DNA of 64,000 nucleotides, from contig OZ220732.1 of NCBI GenBank assembly GCA_965116905.1, forward strand, positions 1,824,001 through 1,888,000. The letters run 5' to 3'. Shown here in pieces: positions 20,143-30,887 of this stretch; position 1 is the first letter of the stretch; each line of letters begins with the position of its first letter. Origin of the DNA: Longimicrobiales bacterium (lineage in GTDB: Bacteria > Gemmatimonadota > Gemmatimonadetes > Longimicrobiales > Gaopeijiaceae). Below the pieces are notes generated by a model, which was not told where the DNA came from, made no database searches, and worked only from the letters and a program-made list of their open reading frames with translations. A program made the translations under genes and the position numbers.

Positions 20143-21587
20143 CGCAACCCGTGTCGCGGCCTGCACCCGGGCCGCGCATCCACCAGGTCCGGCGGGAGGT
20201 CGACGCCTGTTCACCGGTGGCGTTGCTCTGTGCGGGCGAGGGTGGAGCCAGGGGCTTCTGGGCCCTGGGTGACCGCTGGATTGCCCACGCCGGGGTCGTG
20301 CGGGAGATTGCCATCCGGCGGCGTGCCGGTAACGCCGGGCCGGATTCTGGAGCGTCAGCCGAAAACCGCGGTGCGGCCCAGGGGGCCACGGGGCCAAGCC
20401 GGTTCCGGGCGGTGCAGGATCAGGCCGCCGCGCTCTTCGGTCGTGTCGGGGACGGCGGGCGTTCGCGGGTGTTCGGAGGCTTCGCCTTCGCGCCGCGGCA
20501 GAACGGCGACCGCATGTGGGCGTCGTTTCCTCCGGCGCTCTTCCACCTTCCCGAAGCCGAGTTGGAGCACAATCCGGTCACGGGGAAGTGCACGCTGGTC
20601 GTGCGTGCACTGGACCGGCGCGCGGCGCGGCGCGGATGGGAGGCGTGGGCCAAGGCCCTGGGCGCCGGGGTCTCGCCGGCTCGCACCATGCGTCGGAGTC
20701 GGGGTCGGGGTCGCGCCGGGACCGGGGCGACCCTGGCCGAGCCCAAGCTGGAGCGTGCCATCTGGCACCGGATGGTCTCGGCGTCGCTTCGCCGGATCGG
20801 GACCGGCGAGGCCGAGAAGGTCGTGCTCGCGCGGACGATGGAGATGAACGAACCCGACCCGGTGGGCCCCGTGGAGCTGGCAATGGCGCTTTGGGAGGAG
20901 AACCACGGCAGCCATGTGTTCCTCTTCGAGCCGACTCCGGGCTCTGCCCTCGTCGGCGCGGCGCCCGAGACGATCGCCACCCTGGTCAACGGTGTCGTGC
21001 GCTCAACGGCGGTTGCGGGCAGCATCGCCGTGGGGGCCGACTCGGTCGAGACCGCGCAGCTTGCCCGCGAGCTCTACAACAGCGAGAAGGACCGCGCCGA
21101 GCACGACTTCGTGGTCCAGGACATGGTGGCCAGGCTGTCGGCGCTCGGGTGTACGGTGCGGCGGGACGTCGCGCCTCACGTCCTTACGCTTGCACGCATC
21201 CAGCACCTCGAGACCAAGATGGCCGCGACGGTCCCGGCCGGCCTGACCCTCCTCGACATCCTCGCGTCGCTGCATCCCACCCCGGCCGTGTGCGGCATCC
21301 CCCGCAACGTGGCGCGTTCGATCCTTACGGACAGCGAGGTGTTCGACCGCGGATGGTACGCGGGGCCCGTGGGGTGGTTCGCTTCCGACGGCAAGGGGAT
21401 TTTCGTGCCCGCGCTGCGTTCGGCGGTGGGTACCGGTTCGCGCTGGCGGCTCTTTGCGGGCTGCGGCATCGTGGCCGGGTCGGACCCGGCCCTGGAGTGG
21501 GCGGAGACCGAACTCAAGTTCCAGCCGGTGCTCCGGGCGATGGCGCGTGCGGGAATCGCCGCCGGCGCGGCGACCGGAGCGGGGTGA
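20139..21587 (+). CDS. menF: Isochorismate synthase
   Basis: KVVLAR, GAAPE, AVAGS, EH, HPTPAVCG, RGWYAGPVGW and AGCGIVAGS; first gene of the men cluster. Confidence 0.85.
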   Translation: MTQPVSRPAPGPRIHQVRREVDACSPVALLCAGEGGARGFWALGDRWIAHAGVVREIAIRRRAGNAGPDSGASAENRGAAQGATGPSRFRAVQDQAAALFGRVGDGGRSRVFGGFAFAPRQNGDRMWASFPPALFHLPEAELEHNPVTGKCTLVVRALDRRAARRGWEAWAKALGAGVSPARTMRRSRGRGRAGTGATLAEPKLERAIWHRMVSASLRRIGTGEAEKVVLARTMEMNEPDPVGPVELAMALWEENHGSHVFLFEPTPGSALVGAAPETIATLVNGVVRSTAVAGSIAVGADSVETAQLARELYNSEKDRAEHDFVVQDMVARLSALGCTVRRDVAPHVLTLARIQHLETKMAATVPAGLTLLDILASLHPTPAVCGIPRNVARSILTDSEVFDRGWYAGPVGWFASDGKGIFVPALRSAVGTGSRWRLFAGCGIVAGSDPALEWAETELKFQPVLRAMARAGIAAGAATGAG

Positions 21588-23569
21588 GCGGCTTTGTCCA
21601 CGGGCTGCCAGGCGTGACCGGCGGGGAACTCAACCTCGCGTGGGCACAGGCCATCCTGAGCACGCTCGCCGAGTACGGCGTGGAGGAGGTGGAGATCGTC
21701 CCCGGCTCCCGGTCGGCGCCCCTCGTTCTCGCGGCCCGCTCGCTCCCCGCCATGCGGGCCCGCGTGCACATGGACGAGCGCTCGGCCAGCTACTTCGCGG
21801 TCGGATACGGGCGCACCCACCTGGGACCGGCGGCGGTGGTGACGACGTCGGGTACGGCGGTCGGGAACCTGTTGCCGGCCGTGATCGAGGCCGACCAGTC
21901 CGATCTTCCGCTCATCCTGCTCACGGCGGACCGTCCGCCCGCAATGCGGGGCGCGGATGCCAATCAGACGATCCTGCAGCCGGGGATCTTCGGCGACCGC
22001 GTGCGCTTCGAGGCGGACCTGCCGCTTCCCTCGCTGGGCGAACTGAAGAGCACGGGACCCCGATCGATGACCCACACGGTTCGCCAAGCCGCCCGGCAGG
22101 CCCTGGGTCCGCCCAGCGGGCCCGTCCACCTCAACGTGCCATTCGACAAGCCGCTCCAGCCGGGGTCGCCGGAGGGGCTTGCCCTGCGCGGGGCCGGCGA
22201 CGAAGGGCCCCGGCCTTCGGAGTCCGAGTTGGAGCGCGTTTCGGAGGCGGAGGCGGCCGAACCCGGTTCCTGGCGTCCCCGGCCGGGCGGTCGCGTGCGG
22301 GGGTCCGATCGCGACACGCTGGTCGGACGCCGGCTGGGGGCCGCGCGCCGCCCCCTGCTCGTCGCGGGCCCGGTGTGCGACCCGGGACTAGATGGCCCGG
22401 CGGTGGCGGAATTCGCCGCGCGCAGGCAGGTGCCGACGCTGGCCGATCCGCTGTCCGGCGCGCGCTTCGCGCTCGGCCCGGACGAGGATGTCGACGCGCC
22501 CATTCTGGGTGCGTACGACCATTATCTTCGCATCCGCGAGGTGGTGGAGCGCCTTGAGCCGGACCTCGTCATCCGAATCGGCCGCACGCCCACCTCGGGG
22601 GCCCTGGAAGCGGCGCTGGCCAGTTGGCAGCGCGCGACGCAGATCGTGATCGACGACGGGACGCACCGCAAGGACCACCAGCGGCTCGCCGACCACTATG
22701 TGCGCGCCCCGGCGTCGCGCGTCCTTCACCGCCTTGCCCGCGAGGCCGGCGACGACGGCGGCGACGGCGGCGGCAAGGGCGGCAGCCCCGGCGACAGTGG
22801 TGCCTCCGGCGACAGTGGCGTCTCCGGCAACGGCGGCGTGTCCGGCGACAGTGGCGGCCCCGGACCGCCCTCCCCTTCACGGCTTCGCTGGACGCGCCGC
22901 TGGACGGAGATCGAAGCGGCCGCCCGGGATGCCGTCGCGGCGAGCGCAGGGGACGCGGACAACGAGGGTGCCTACGCGGCGGCGACGATTCGGGCCCTGC
23001 CGCCCGGCGCGACCCTGTTCGTCTCGTCGTCCATGCCGGTTCGGGACGTGGACGCGTACGGCCACCCCGCCCCGCGCGGCCTTCAGGTCCTCGGAAACCG
23101 GGGCGCGAGCGGAATCGACGGCATCGTTTCGTCGGCGCTCGGATGCGCCGCCGGCGGCGCCGGTCCCGTGGTCGCGCTGCTCGGCGACCTCGCCTTCTAC
23201 CACGACATGAACGGGCTCCTTGCGGCCCGCGACGGGGACCTGAACGTCGTGTTCGTCTTGGTCGACAACGACGGAGGCGGCATCTTTCACATGCTTCCGA
23301 TCCGCGACTTCGAGCCGGTCTTCACGCCCTACTTCGCGACGCCGCACGGGCTCGACTTTCGGCACGCGGCGCGGATGTACGGCCTGCCCTTCACGGACGC
23401 GGCAAGCCCGCCGGAGCTGGAGGAGGCGGTCGCGGCGGCCGTGGGGCGCCGGGGAGCGGAGGTGATCCGGGTCCGCACCGACCGGGAACGAAACCGGTCG
23501 AGTCATCGGCGGGTTCAGGCGGAGGTGGCCCGGAACGTGAACGAGCTCTTGAATCGGGAGACCCAATGA
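21584..23569 (+). CDS. menD: SEPHCHC synthase
   Basis: [35 protein letters not shown] and [12 protein letters not shown] overlap with menF. Confidence 0.92.
   Translation: MSGFVHGLPGVTGGELNLAWAQAILSTLAEYGVEEVEIVPGSRSAPLVLAARSLPAMRARVHMDERSASYFAVGYGRTHLGPAAVVTTSGTAVGNLLPAVIEADQSDLPLILLTADRPPAMRGADANQTILQPGIFGDRVRFEADLPLPSLGELKSTGPRSMTHTVRQAARQALGPPSGPVHLNVPFDKPLQPGSPEGLALRGAGDEGPRPSESELERVSEAEAAEPGSWRPRPGGRVRGSDRDTLVGRRLGAARRPLLVAGPVCDPGLDGPAVAEFAARRQVPTLADPLSGARFALGPDEDVDAPILGAYDHYLRIREVVERLEPDLVIRIGRTPTSGALEAALASWQRATQIVIDDGTHRKDHQRLADHYVRAPASRVLHRLAREAGDDGGDGGGKGGSPGDSGASGDSGVSGNGGVSGDSGGPGPPSPSRLRWTRRWTEIEAAARDAVAASAGDADNEGAYAAATIRALPPGATLFVSSSMPVRDVDAYGHPAPRGLQVLGNRGASGIDGIVSSALGCAAGGAGPVVALLGDLAFYHDMNGLLAARDGDLNVVFVLVDNDGGGIFHMLPIRDFEPVFTPYFATPHGLDFRHAARMYGLPFTDAASPPELEEAVAAAVGRRGAEVIRVRTDRERNRSSHRRVQAEVARNVNELLNRETQ
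22787..22858 (+). repeat. In-frame 18-bp tandem repeat x4 inside menD
   Basis: Units CCCGGCGACAGTGGTGCC, TCCGGCGACAGTGGCGTC, TCCGGCAACGGCGGCGTG, TCCGGCGACAGTGGCGGC. Confidence 0.8.
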
Positions 23570-24405
23570 CCGACACCGCCTGGAAGACGGTGAAGTCGTA
23601 CGGCGACATCACCTACAGGAAGCGCGACGGGGTCGCGCGCATCGCCATCAACCGCCCCGAGGTTCGCAACGCGTTTCGTCCGGAGACGCTGTTCGAGCTT
23701 CTCGACGCATTCAACGACGCCAACGAGGACTCGTCGATCGGCGTGGTGCTCCTGACGGGCGAGGGGCCCGCGAAGGACGGCAAGTACGCGTTCTGCTCGG
23801 GCGGCGATCAGCGCGTGCGGGGCGACGCCGGCTACGTGGGAGGAGACGGGGTGCCGCGCCTGAACGTGCTCGTCCTGCAGCGCCTCATCCGCACGATGCC
23901 CAAGCCGGTGATCGCGATGGTGGCGGGGTACGCCATCGGCGGCGGCCACGTGCTGCACGTGGTGTGCGACCTGACCATCGCCGCGGACAATGCCGTCTTC
24001 GGCCAGACCGGCCCGAAGGTGGGCAGCTTCGACGGCGGCTTCGGTTCGTCGTTCCTCGCCCGCATCGTTGGACAGAAGAAGGCCCGCGAGATCTGGTACC
24101 TGTGCCGCCAGTACAACGCCCGCGAGGCGGTGGACATGGGTCTGGTCAACAAGGTCGTCCCCGTGGACGAGCTCGAGGACGAGGGGTTCGCGTGGGCGCA
24201 GCGGATCCTCGAGCACAGTCCGCTCGCGATCCGGCTCCTCAAGTCCGCCTTCAACGCCGACGTCGATGGACAGGCGGGGCTCCAGGAGCTCGCCGGCAAC
24301 GCCACGCTCCTGTTCTACATGACCGAGCAGGGCCAGGAGGGCCGGGACGCCTACCTCGAGAAGCGGAAGCCGGACTTCCGGAAGTACCCCTGGCTGCCGT
24401 GGTGA
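23566..24405 (+). CDS. menB: 1,4-dihydroxy-2-naphthoyl-CoA synthase
   Basis: [29 protein letters not shown] and KKAREIW. Confidence 0.95.
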   Translation: MTDTAWKTVKSYGDITYRKRDGVARIAINRPEVRNAFRPETLFELLDAFNDANEDSSIGVVLLTGEGPAKDGKYAFCSGGDQRVRGDAGYVGGDGVPRLNVLVLQRLIRTMPKPVIAMVAGYAIGGGHVLHVVCDLTIAADNAVFGQTGPKVGSFDGGFGSSFLARIVGQKKAREIWYLCRQYNAREAVDMGLVNKVVPVDELEDEGFAWAQRILEHSPLAIRLLKSAFNADVDGQAGLQELAGNATLLFYMTEQGQEGRDAYLEKRKPDFRKYPWLPW

Positions 24406-24415
24406 CGGACCTGCC

Positions 24416-25327
24416 GTGACGATGACGCGCACCCGGGCCTGGATCCTCGCCACGCGGCCGCGCACCCTCACGGCGGCGTCCGCTCCGGTCGTCGCGGGCA
24501 CCGGCTTCGCGGCGGCCGACGGCCAGTTCGCCGCTGGACCGGCGCTGGCGGCGCTGGCGGGCGGCCTCCTGATCCAGATCGCGACCAATCTGGCCAACGA
24601 CTACTACGACTTCTTCAAGGGAAGCGACACCGCCGAACGGCTCGGGCCCGTCCGCGTTACCCAGGCGGGCCTGCTGTCGCCCAGGGCGGTGTGGCGGGGC
24701 ATGGCGCTGACCATGGGGGCGGCCTTCCTGATCGGCGTGTACCTGGTTGCGGTCGGCGGCTGGCCGGTGGCGGTCATCGGGCTGCTGTCGCTGGCGTTCG
24801 CCGTAGGGTACACCGGGGGACCGTATCCGCTGTCCTACCACGGTCTCGGGGATGTGGGCGTCTTCATCTTCTTCGGGCTCGCGGCCACCGCCGGGACGTA
24901 CTACGTGCAGGCCCTCGCGTGGTCGGGCGACGCGATCGTCGCGGGGGTGGGGATGGGGGCCTTCAGCACGGCGATCCTGGTCGTGAACAACCACCGCGAC
25001 CGCGAGACCGACGGGGCCGCGGGGAAGCGCACCCTGGCCGTGCGGTTCGGCGACCGCTTCAGCGTGGCGCAGTACTTCGCCTGCCTCGCGGTGGCGACCG
25101 CCGTGCCGGTTGCGGGGATCGCCGCGATGGGGTGGTCGCCCTGGACGCTCCTGTCGCTGGCCGGGTGGCTGCCGTGCATCCCGGCCGGGTCACGCGTCGC
25201 GGCCGTGATCGGCGATCCCGGCGGCGTGGACCGGCGCACCCTGAACCCCGCGCTGGGGCAGACGGCACGCGGCGTCGCGTTCTACGGGGCCGGGCTCGCG
25301 GTCGGCATCCTCCTCGGGACGCCTTGA
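24416..25327 (+). CDS. menA: DHNA polyprenyltransferase
   Basis: RPRTL, NLANDYYD, NNHRD..TD...GKRTLAV; multiple TM helices. Confidence 0.92.
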   Translation: MTMTRTRAWILATRPRTLTAASAPVVAGTGFAAADGQFAAGPALAALAGGLLIQIATNLANDYYDFFKGSDTAERLGPVRVTQAGLLSPRAVWRGMALTMGAAFLIGVYLVAVGGWPVAVIGLLSLAFAVGYTGGPYPLSYHGLGDVGVFIFFGLAATAGTYYVQALAWSGDAIVAGVGMGAFSTAILVVNNHRDRETDGAAGKRTLAVRFGDRFSVAQYFACLAVATAVPVAGIAAMGWSPWTLLSLAGWLPCIPAGSRVAAVIGDPGGVDRRTLNPALGQTARGVAFYGAGLAVGILLGTP

Positions 25328-26802
25328 CCCCCGCGGACGACCTCGCGCGGCGGGCCGCAACCACCCCTGACGCCACCGCCCTGGCCTGGGACGGCGGACG
25401 TTTCACCTACGCCGAACTGGACGAGGCCGCCACGCACTGGTCGGATCGCATCCGGGACGCCGGCGTGCCTCCCCGCGGCTTCGTCACGCTGTGCCTCACA
25501 CCCGGCCCCCAGGCGCTTGCCGCCCTCTTCGGGGCCTGGCGGAGCGGGTGCATCGCCATGCCGCTGCACGAAGGCCTGACCGGCGCCGAGATCGCGCACG
25601 CCCACTGGATTGTCAACCCCGATTTGCATCTGGGTGATCCCGCCAGTGACGGCGACGCCAGTGACGGCGACGCCAGTGACCTCGACGCCACCGACGAATC
25701 GGGCGACCGCCCGGCGGCTGGCTCACCCGACATCCCGTCTCACGTTGTCGCGTTCCTGCTCACCTCGGGCTCTTCCGGCGCACCCAGGGCGATCGGGTTC
25801 GGCCACGACGCCCTCGCCGCGTCGGCCGCATCCGTCACCCGCCGGCTGGGGCTGACCTCGGACGACCGCTGGGGACTGTGCCTTTCGATCGGCCACGTGG
25901 GCGGTCTGTCGCTGGTGGTGCGGGCGATCATGAACGGTTCATCGGTCCGGCTCTGGCCGTCGTTCGACGAGGACGCGGTGGCCCGGGCCGTGCTCGCCGG
26001 GGACGTGACGCACCTGGCCGTCGTCCCGGTCATGCTCCGGAAACTCCTGGCGCGTCTCACCGAGGTCCCCGAAACCCTGCGCTGCGTCCTGGTGGGGGGC
26101 GCCGCGTCGTCGCCCGCGCTCCTCGATCGCGCCTGGCGCGCCGGCCTCCCCGTCGCCCCGACCTGGGGCATGACCGAGACCGCGTCGCAGGTCGCCACCG
26201 CACTCCCCGATCTGGCGCGCCGCTTTCCCGGCACCGTGGGGCGACCGATTCCCGGCGTCGAGGTCCGCGCCGGTCCCGGCAACGTGCTGTCGGTCCGGGG
26301 GCCGACGCTCGCGTCCGTGGCGATCGCCGGACCGGGCCGTCCGGCCGAACCCTTGCGCGCGGGCCCGGATGATTGGCTCGTCACCAGCGACGTCGGCCGC
26401 GTGGACGACAACGGGCTCGTCTGGATCGAGGGCCGCAAGGACGCGATGATTGTGAGTGGGGGACTGAACGTGAGTCCCCGCGAGGTCGAGCACGTGATCG
26501 AGACGCTCCCCGGGGTGGCCGGGGCCGTCGTGTTCGGCGTGCCGAGCGAAGAATGGGGCGAGGTGGTGGCGGCGGTGGTCGAGCCGGACGGGCCGGCGGG
26601 AGTGTCCGCCCCCGACGTTGAGCGCCACTGCCGCTCCCGCCTCGCGCGCGGCCGCTGTCCCCGGCGGATCGTCGTCGTGGACGAGCTGCCGCGGACCAGC
26701 ACGGGGAAGGTGATGCGGGCGCGGGTGGCCGAGCGATACGGTCGGGAAATGACGGAAATGACGGAAATGACCGAGACCCAATCCACGGACTCATGGACAT
26801 GA
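25324..26802 (+). CDS. menE: o-succinylbenzoate-CoA ligase
   Basis: TSGSSG, WGMTETASQ, TSD.G, GRKD.MI.SGG.NV.P.EVE and LPRTSTGK; follows menA. Confidence 0.85.
   Translation: MTPADDLARRAATTPDATALAWDGGRFTYAELDEAATHWSDRIRDAGVPPRGFVTLCLTPGPQALAALFGAWRSGCIAMPLHEGLTGAEIAHAHWIVNPDLHLGDPASDGDASDGDASDLDATDESGDRPAAGSPDIPSHVVAFLLTSGSSGAPRAIGFGHDALAASAASVTRRLGLTSDDRWGLCLSIGHVGGLSLVVRAIMNGSSVRLWPSFDEDAVARAVLAGDVTHLAVVPVMLRKLLARLTEVPETLRCVLVGGAASSPALLDRAWRAGLPVAPTWGMTETASQVATALPDLARRFPGTVGRPIPGVEVRAGPGNVLSVRGPTLASVAIAGPGRPAEPLRAGPDDWLVTSDVGRVDDNGLVWIEGRKDAMIVSGGLNVSPREVEHVIETLPGVAGAVVFGVPSEEWGEVVAAVVEPDGPAGVSAPDVERHCRSRLARGRCPRRIVVVDELPRTSTGKVMRARVAERYGREMTEMTEMTETQSTDSWT
25642..25686 (+). repeat. In-frame 15-bp tandem repeat x3 inside menE
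   Basis: GCCAGTGACGGCGAC twice, then GCCAGTGACCTCGAC (ASDGD ASDGD ASDLD). Confidence 0.8.
26746..26772 (+). repeat. 9-bp tandem repeat x3 near the menE 3' end
   Basis: GAAATGACG GAAATGACG GAAATGACC (EMT x3). Confidence 0.8.
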
Positions 26803-28067
26803 TCGACGAATTCCGCCGCCGCGGCCTCCTCGCGGACGCGACCGAGCACGCCGCGGCCGCACTCAGCGCGGGACAGGTCACCGGCTACATCGGCTTCGAC
26901 CCCACCGCATCGTCGCTGCACGTCGGATCCCTCGTCCCGATCATGGGGCTCGTCCACCTGCAGCGGGCCGGCCACTGTCCGATCGCGCTGGTGGGCGGCG
27001 GCACGGGGCTGATCGGCGACCCGTCCGGCAAGGCCCAGGAACGCCTGCTGCTCGACCGCGTCCGCGCCGAGGAGAACGCCGAGGGGATCCGCAGGCAGCT
27101 GGCGGCCTTCCTGGACTTCGAGTCCAACACCAACCCCGCCCGCATGGCGAACAACCTCGACTGGCTCGACAAGCTCGGATTCGTCGACTTCCTCCGTGAC
27201 ATCGGCAAGCATTTCTCGGTCAACGCCATGCTGCGCAAGGAATCGGTCCGGCGGCGCCTCCAGGACGAGGAGTCCGGGATCTCGTTTACCGAATTCTCGT
27301 ACCAGCTGCTTCAGTCCTACGACTTCTGGGAGCTCAACCGCCGCTACGGCTGCACGCTGCAGATGGGCGGCTCGGATCAGTGGGGCAACATCACCGCGGG
27401 CATCGACCTGGTGCGCAGACTCGGCGGGCCCCGCTGCCACGGGATCGTATTCCCGCTGCTCACCGCTTCCGGGGGCGCGAAGTTCGGCAAGACGGAGGAG
27501 GGCACCGTCTGGCTGGACCCCGAACGCACGTCGCCCTACCGCTTCTACCAGTTCTGGCTGAACACCGAAGACGCCGACGTGATTCGCTACCTGCGCCTCT
27601 TCACCCTGCTCGCCGAATCCGACGTCGCCGCGCTCGAACACGCCGTGGCCGAACACCCGCACCGTCGGGACGCACAGCGCCGGCTCGCCGCCGAGGTGAC
27701 CCGCACCGTGCACGGGGCCGAGGGGCTGGGGCGCGCGGAGCGGGCGTCTCGGGTGCTGTTCGGCGGCAGCCTCGAGGGCCTCGGGGCGGGGGACATCGAG
27801 GAGATCTTCGCGGATGTGCCGTCGACCGGGCTGGCGAGGTCGTCGCTGGAGGGGGATGGCATCGAACTGGCCGTGCTGATGGCCGATTCAGCCATGGCGG
27901 CGTCCCGCAGCGAGGCGCGGCGCCTCATCAAGGGCGGGGGGGTGTACCTGAACGGCGCGCGCGCATCCGACTCCGCTGTCCGCGTGGGGTCGAACGACCC
28001 TCTCCACAACCGCTTCCTGGTCGTGAGGGTCGGCAAGAAGCGCTATTTCCTGGTGGAGCTGGAATAG
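26793..28067 (+). CDS. tyrS: Tyrosine-tRNA ligase
   Basis: YIGFDPT, HVGS, QMGGSDQWGNI, KFGKT and a C-terminal S4 domain. Confidence 0.95.
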   Translation: MDMIDEFRRRGLLADATEHAAAALSAGQVTGYIGFDPTASSLHVGSLVPIMGLVHLQRAGHCPIALVGGGTGLIGDPSGKAQERLLLDRVRAEENAEGIRRQLAAFLDFESNTNPARMANNLDWLDKLGFVDFLRDIGKHFSVNAMLRKESVRRRLQDEESGISFTEFSYQLLQSYDFWELNRRYGCTLQMGGSDQWGNITAGIDLVRRLGGPRCHGIVFPLLTASGGAKFGKTEEGTVWLDPERTSPYRFYQFWLNTEDADVIRYLRLFTLLAESDVAALEHAVAEHPHRRDAQRRLAAEVTRTVHGAEGLGRAERASRVLFGGSLEGLGAGDIEEIFADVPSTGLARSSLEGDGIELAVLMADSAMAASRSEARRLIKGGGVYLNGARASDSAVRVGSNDPLHNRFLVVRVGKKRYFLVELE

Positions 28068-28189
28068 TGGCGCTCGCGGGAGTTCATCCACGGACTCCTG
28101 ACCGCACGCCCGGAAACGGCTCTCGCGTTCGGCATGCGGGGCGCCGCGTGGTATATTCGGCCCACTCACACCTTCGAATGGCTGACTGA

Positions 28190-30526
28190 ATGAATACAAG
28201 TACCGCCATCCATGCCCGCCGGCCGGGCATGTCCGGAGTCCGTGCGTTGGTCTCCCTGTGCGCCTGCGGGATGGCTGCGGTGGTCCCTGGAACTCCCCTC
28301 TTCGCCCAGAACTCCCCGGTCGGCGCCGTCGCCGGCGACCCCGGGAGCAGGCTGGCCACGTCCGCGGCGGCCACGGAGATCACGGAGGCGCCCGCGATCG
28401 ACGGGCGTCTCGACGAGGCGGTGTGGCGGCAGGGGGTCGCGCTGACCGGCTTCACCCAGCGCGTGCCCTTCGACGGACAGCCCGCCAGCGAGCGCACCGA
28501 GGTGCGCGTGATCTTCGACGACCAGGCGCTCTACGTCGGCGTCTGGGCCTTCGACAGCCAGGCCGACGCCATCACGTACGGCGAGCGGATTCGCGACTAC
28601 GAAGTGAACCAGAGCGACGCCGTCGTCTTCGTGCTCGACACCTACAACGACGACCAGAACGGGTTCGTCTTCGGGACCACCCCGACCGGGATCGAATACG
28701 ACGGTCAGGTCGCCAACGAGGGACGCGGCGGAGGCCGCTTCCAGGGAGGCGGCTTCAACTCCCGGCAGCGCTTCCAGTCCGGGTCCGGCGGCGGCTTCAA
28801 CAAGAACTGGGACGGCAGCTGGACCGTCGCCACGACCACCGACGGCGAAGGCTGGTACGCCGAGTTCCGCATCCCCTTCAACACGCTGCGCTACGGGAAC
28901 GACAACGACGCCTGGGGCTTCAACGTCATCCGCCGCATCCGGCGGCTCAACGAGGAGTCGTTCTGGACCCCGGTCCCGCGCGAATTCAACCTCTACCGCC
29001 TGAACTACGCGGGCGACCTGGAGGGACTCAGACCGCCGCTCCGGCGCCTCGCCACCGTCACCCCGTACATGCTGGGCTCGACCGGACGCGACTACACGTC
29101 CGCCACCAGCTTCTCGCGGGACGGCAACCTCGGCGGCGAGGTGAAGTTCCAGGTCACGCAGGGCCTCACCCTCGACGTGACGTACAACACCGACTTCGCC
29201 CAGGTCGAGGTCGACGATCAGCAGCTCAACCTGACCCGCTTCTCGCTCAACTTCCCCGAGAAGCGGCCCTTCTTCCTTGAGAACGCCGGGTTCTTCAACG
29301 TCGGGGGCGGAGGCGCCGACCTCTTCTTCAGCCGGCGGATCGGGATCGCGAGCGGACAGCCGGTGCCCATCCGGGGCGGAGCGCGGCTCTCGGGACGCGC
29401 CGCCGGGCTGAACGTCGGGCTCCTGCACATCCAGACCGACGCGGCAGCCAGCCTGGCCGACGCGCACGGCTATTCCGTGGCACGGATTGCCAGGGAACTG
29501 CCCAACCGCTCACGCATCGGCGGGCTCTTCGTGAACAAGAGTGGGCCCGACGGCGACTTCAACCGCACCTACGCGGCCGATGTCTCGGTGGGAATCGGCG
29601 AGGCGCTGACCTTCAGCAGCTTCGTCTCCCAGACGGACGATCCCGGATCCGTCGGCGACGAGTACGCCTGGGATGTCTCGGGCAACTGGAGCAGCCGCAC
29701 CTGGACATTCACCGGCCAGGCCCGCGAGATCGGCCAGGGCTTCAACCCCGAAGTCGGCTTCCTGCCGCGGCGGGGCTACCGGTACTACCAGTACTACGCG
29801 ATGCACAGGATCCATCCCTCGTGGCTCCGGGAGATCCGTCCGCACGTCTCCTACTACACCTACGACAGCAGGAAGACCGGCGTCGAGCACGGCTTCCAGG
29901 AGTCGGCGCGCCTGCACATCGATTCACACTGGGAGTGGCCGTCGGGCGCACAAATCCATACCGGCGCGAATCTCAACACCGAGGGCATTTACGCCCCGTT
30001 CGAGATCCTCGGCACGGGTGTGGTCGTGCCGGAGGGGAACTACAGCGGCTGGGAATCCCAGCTCGTCTTCAACAGCAACCCGGCGGCCAGGTTCTCCGCG
30101 ACATCGCGCATCAACTTCGGGAGCTTCCTGAGCGGCTCGCGGTGGGGCGGCAACGGGTCGCTCACCTTCCGGCCCAACGCGTCGTTCAGCACGTCGGCGC
30201 GCATCAACTACTTCGACGTGAACCTTCCGCAGGGGCAGTTCGAGACCGTCCTGCTCGGCATGAACTTCGGCTACTTCATCACGCCGCGGATCTACCTGCA
30301 GTCGCTGGTGCAGTACAGCAACCAGATCGACAGCTGGTCCGCCAACCTCCGCTTCGGCTGGCTCAACACGGCCGGAACCGGGCTCTTCATCGTCTACAAC
30401 GACGTCCAGGGCTTCGACTATCCGGACGGGCTCAACCCCGACGGAGGACGGTTCGTGGAGAGCGGCACGCTGGCGCGCTCGTTCATCGTGAAGTTCACGC
30501 GGCAGTTCAACCTGCTGGGCGGGTAG
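28190..30526 (+). CDS. DUF5916 / CBM9-like outer-membrane protein
   Basis: IDGRLDE.VW, GWYAEFRIPF, NTDFAQVEVD and FPEKRPFFLEN; beta-barrel-like C-terminus. Confidence 0.8.
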   Translation: MNTSTAIHARRPGMSGVRALVSLCACGMAAVVPGTPLFAQNSPVGAVAGDPGSRLATSAAATEITEAPAIDGRLDEAVWRQGVALTGFTQRVPFDGQPASERTEVRVIFDDQALYVGVWAFDSQADAITYGERIRDYEVNQSDAVVFVLDTYNDDQNGFVFGTTPTGIEYDGQVANEGRGGGRFQGGGFNSRQRFQSGSGGGFNKNWDGSWTVATTTDGEGWYAEFRIPFNTLRYGNDNDAWGFNVIRRIRRLNEESFWTPVPREFNLYRLNYAGDLEGLRPPLRRLATVTPYMLGSTGRDYTSATSFSRDGNLGGEVKFQVTQGLTLDVTYNTDFAQVEVDDQQLNLTRFSLNFPEKRPFFLENAGFFNVGGGGADLFFSRRIGIASGQPVPIRGGARLSGRAAGLNVGLLHIQTDAAASLADAHGYSVARIARELPNRSRIGGLFVNKSGPDGDFNRTYAADVSVGIGEALTFSSFVSQTDDPGSVGDEYAWDVSGNWSSRTWTFTGQAREIGQGFNPEVGFLPRRGYRYYQYYAMHRIHPSWLREIRPHVSYYTYDSRKTGVEHGFQESARLHIDSHWEWPSGAQIHTGANLNTEGIYAPFEILGTGVVVPEGNYSGWESQLVFNSNPAARFSATSRINFGSFLSGSRWGGNGSLTFRPNASFSTSARINYFDVNLPQGQFETVLLGMNFGYFITPRIYLQSLVQYSNQIDSWSANLRFGWLNTAGTGLFIVYNDVQGFDYPDGLNPDGGRFVESGTLARSFIVKFTRQFNLLGG

Positions 30527-30531
30527 CCGGC

Positions 30532-30557
30532 GAATCATGAGAGCATTATCATGATTC
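30532..30557. promoter_or_regulatory. Putative operator of the TA operon
   Basis: Perfect inverted repeat GAATCATGA-N8-TCATGATTC directly before the antitoxin ATG. Confidence 0.6.
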
Positions 30558-30887
30558 ATGAAATATTCTAATGAACGATCGGCCGGGCGGCGTGTCGCGG
30601 AGCCGGTTCAGGTCTACCTGCGTCCGGCCGAACAGGATCGACTCGAGCGGCTGACCGCGAAGCTGGACACCACCAAGTCCGATGTCCTGCGGCGGGGGCT
30701 GGAGGCGCTGGAGGGCCAGCTGTCGGATCCGGAGCGTCACCCGGTGCTGGGAATCATCGGCATGGTGTCGACGGCGCATGCCCCGGGGGTCGACGTGGCG
30801 CGGGGGCATGACGTGTATCTGGCCGCCACCGAGGCGGCTTCCTGGGCCAGCCGCCGGCGCGTGCGCGGAGGGCGCGGTTCGGAGTGA
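30558..30887 (+). CDS. Ribbon-helix-helix (CopG-like) antitoxin
   Basis: PVQVYL...LERL......KSDVLRRGL pattern; GTGA overlap with the PIN gene. Confidence 0.75.
   Translation: MKYSNERSAGRRVAEPVQVYLRPAEQDRLERLTAKLDTTKSDVLRRGLEALEGQLSDPERHPVLGIIGMVSTAHAPGVDVARGHDVYLAATEAASWASRRRVRGGRGSE

Noticed and set aside
20516..21583. MenD, MenB and MenE fusions implied by long N-terminal ORF extensions
   Set aside because: The extensions overlap upstream genes in another frame; true starts are at the 4-nt overlaps (21584, 23566, 25324).
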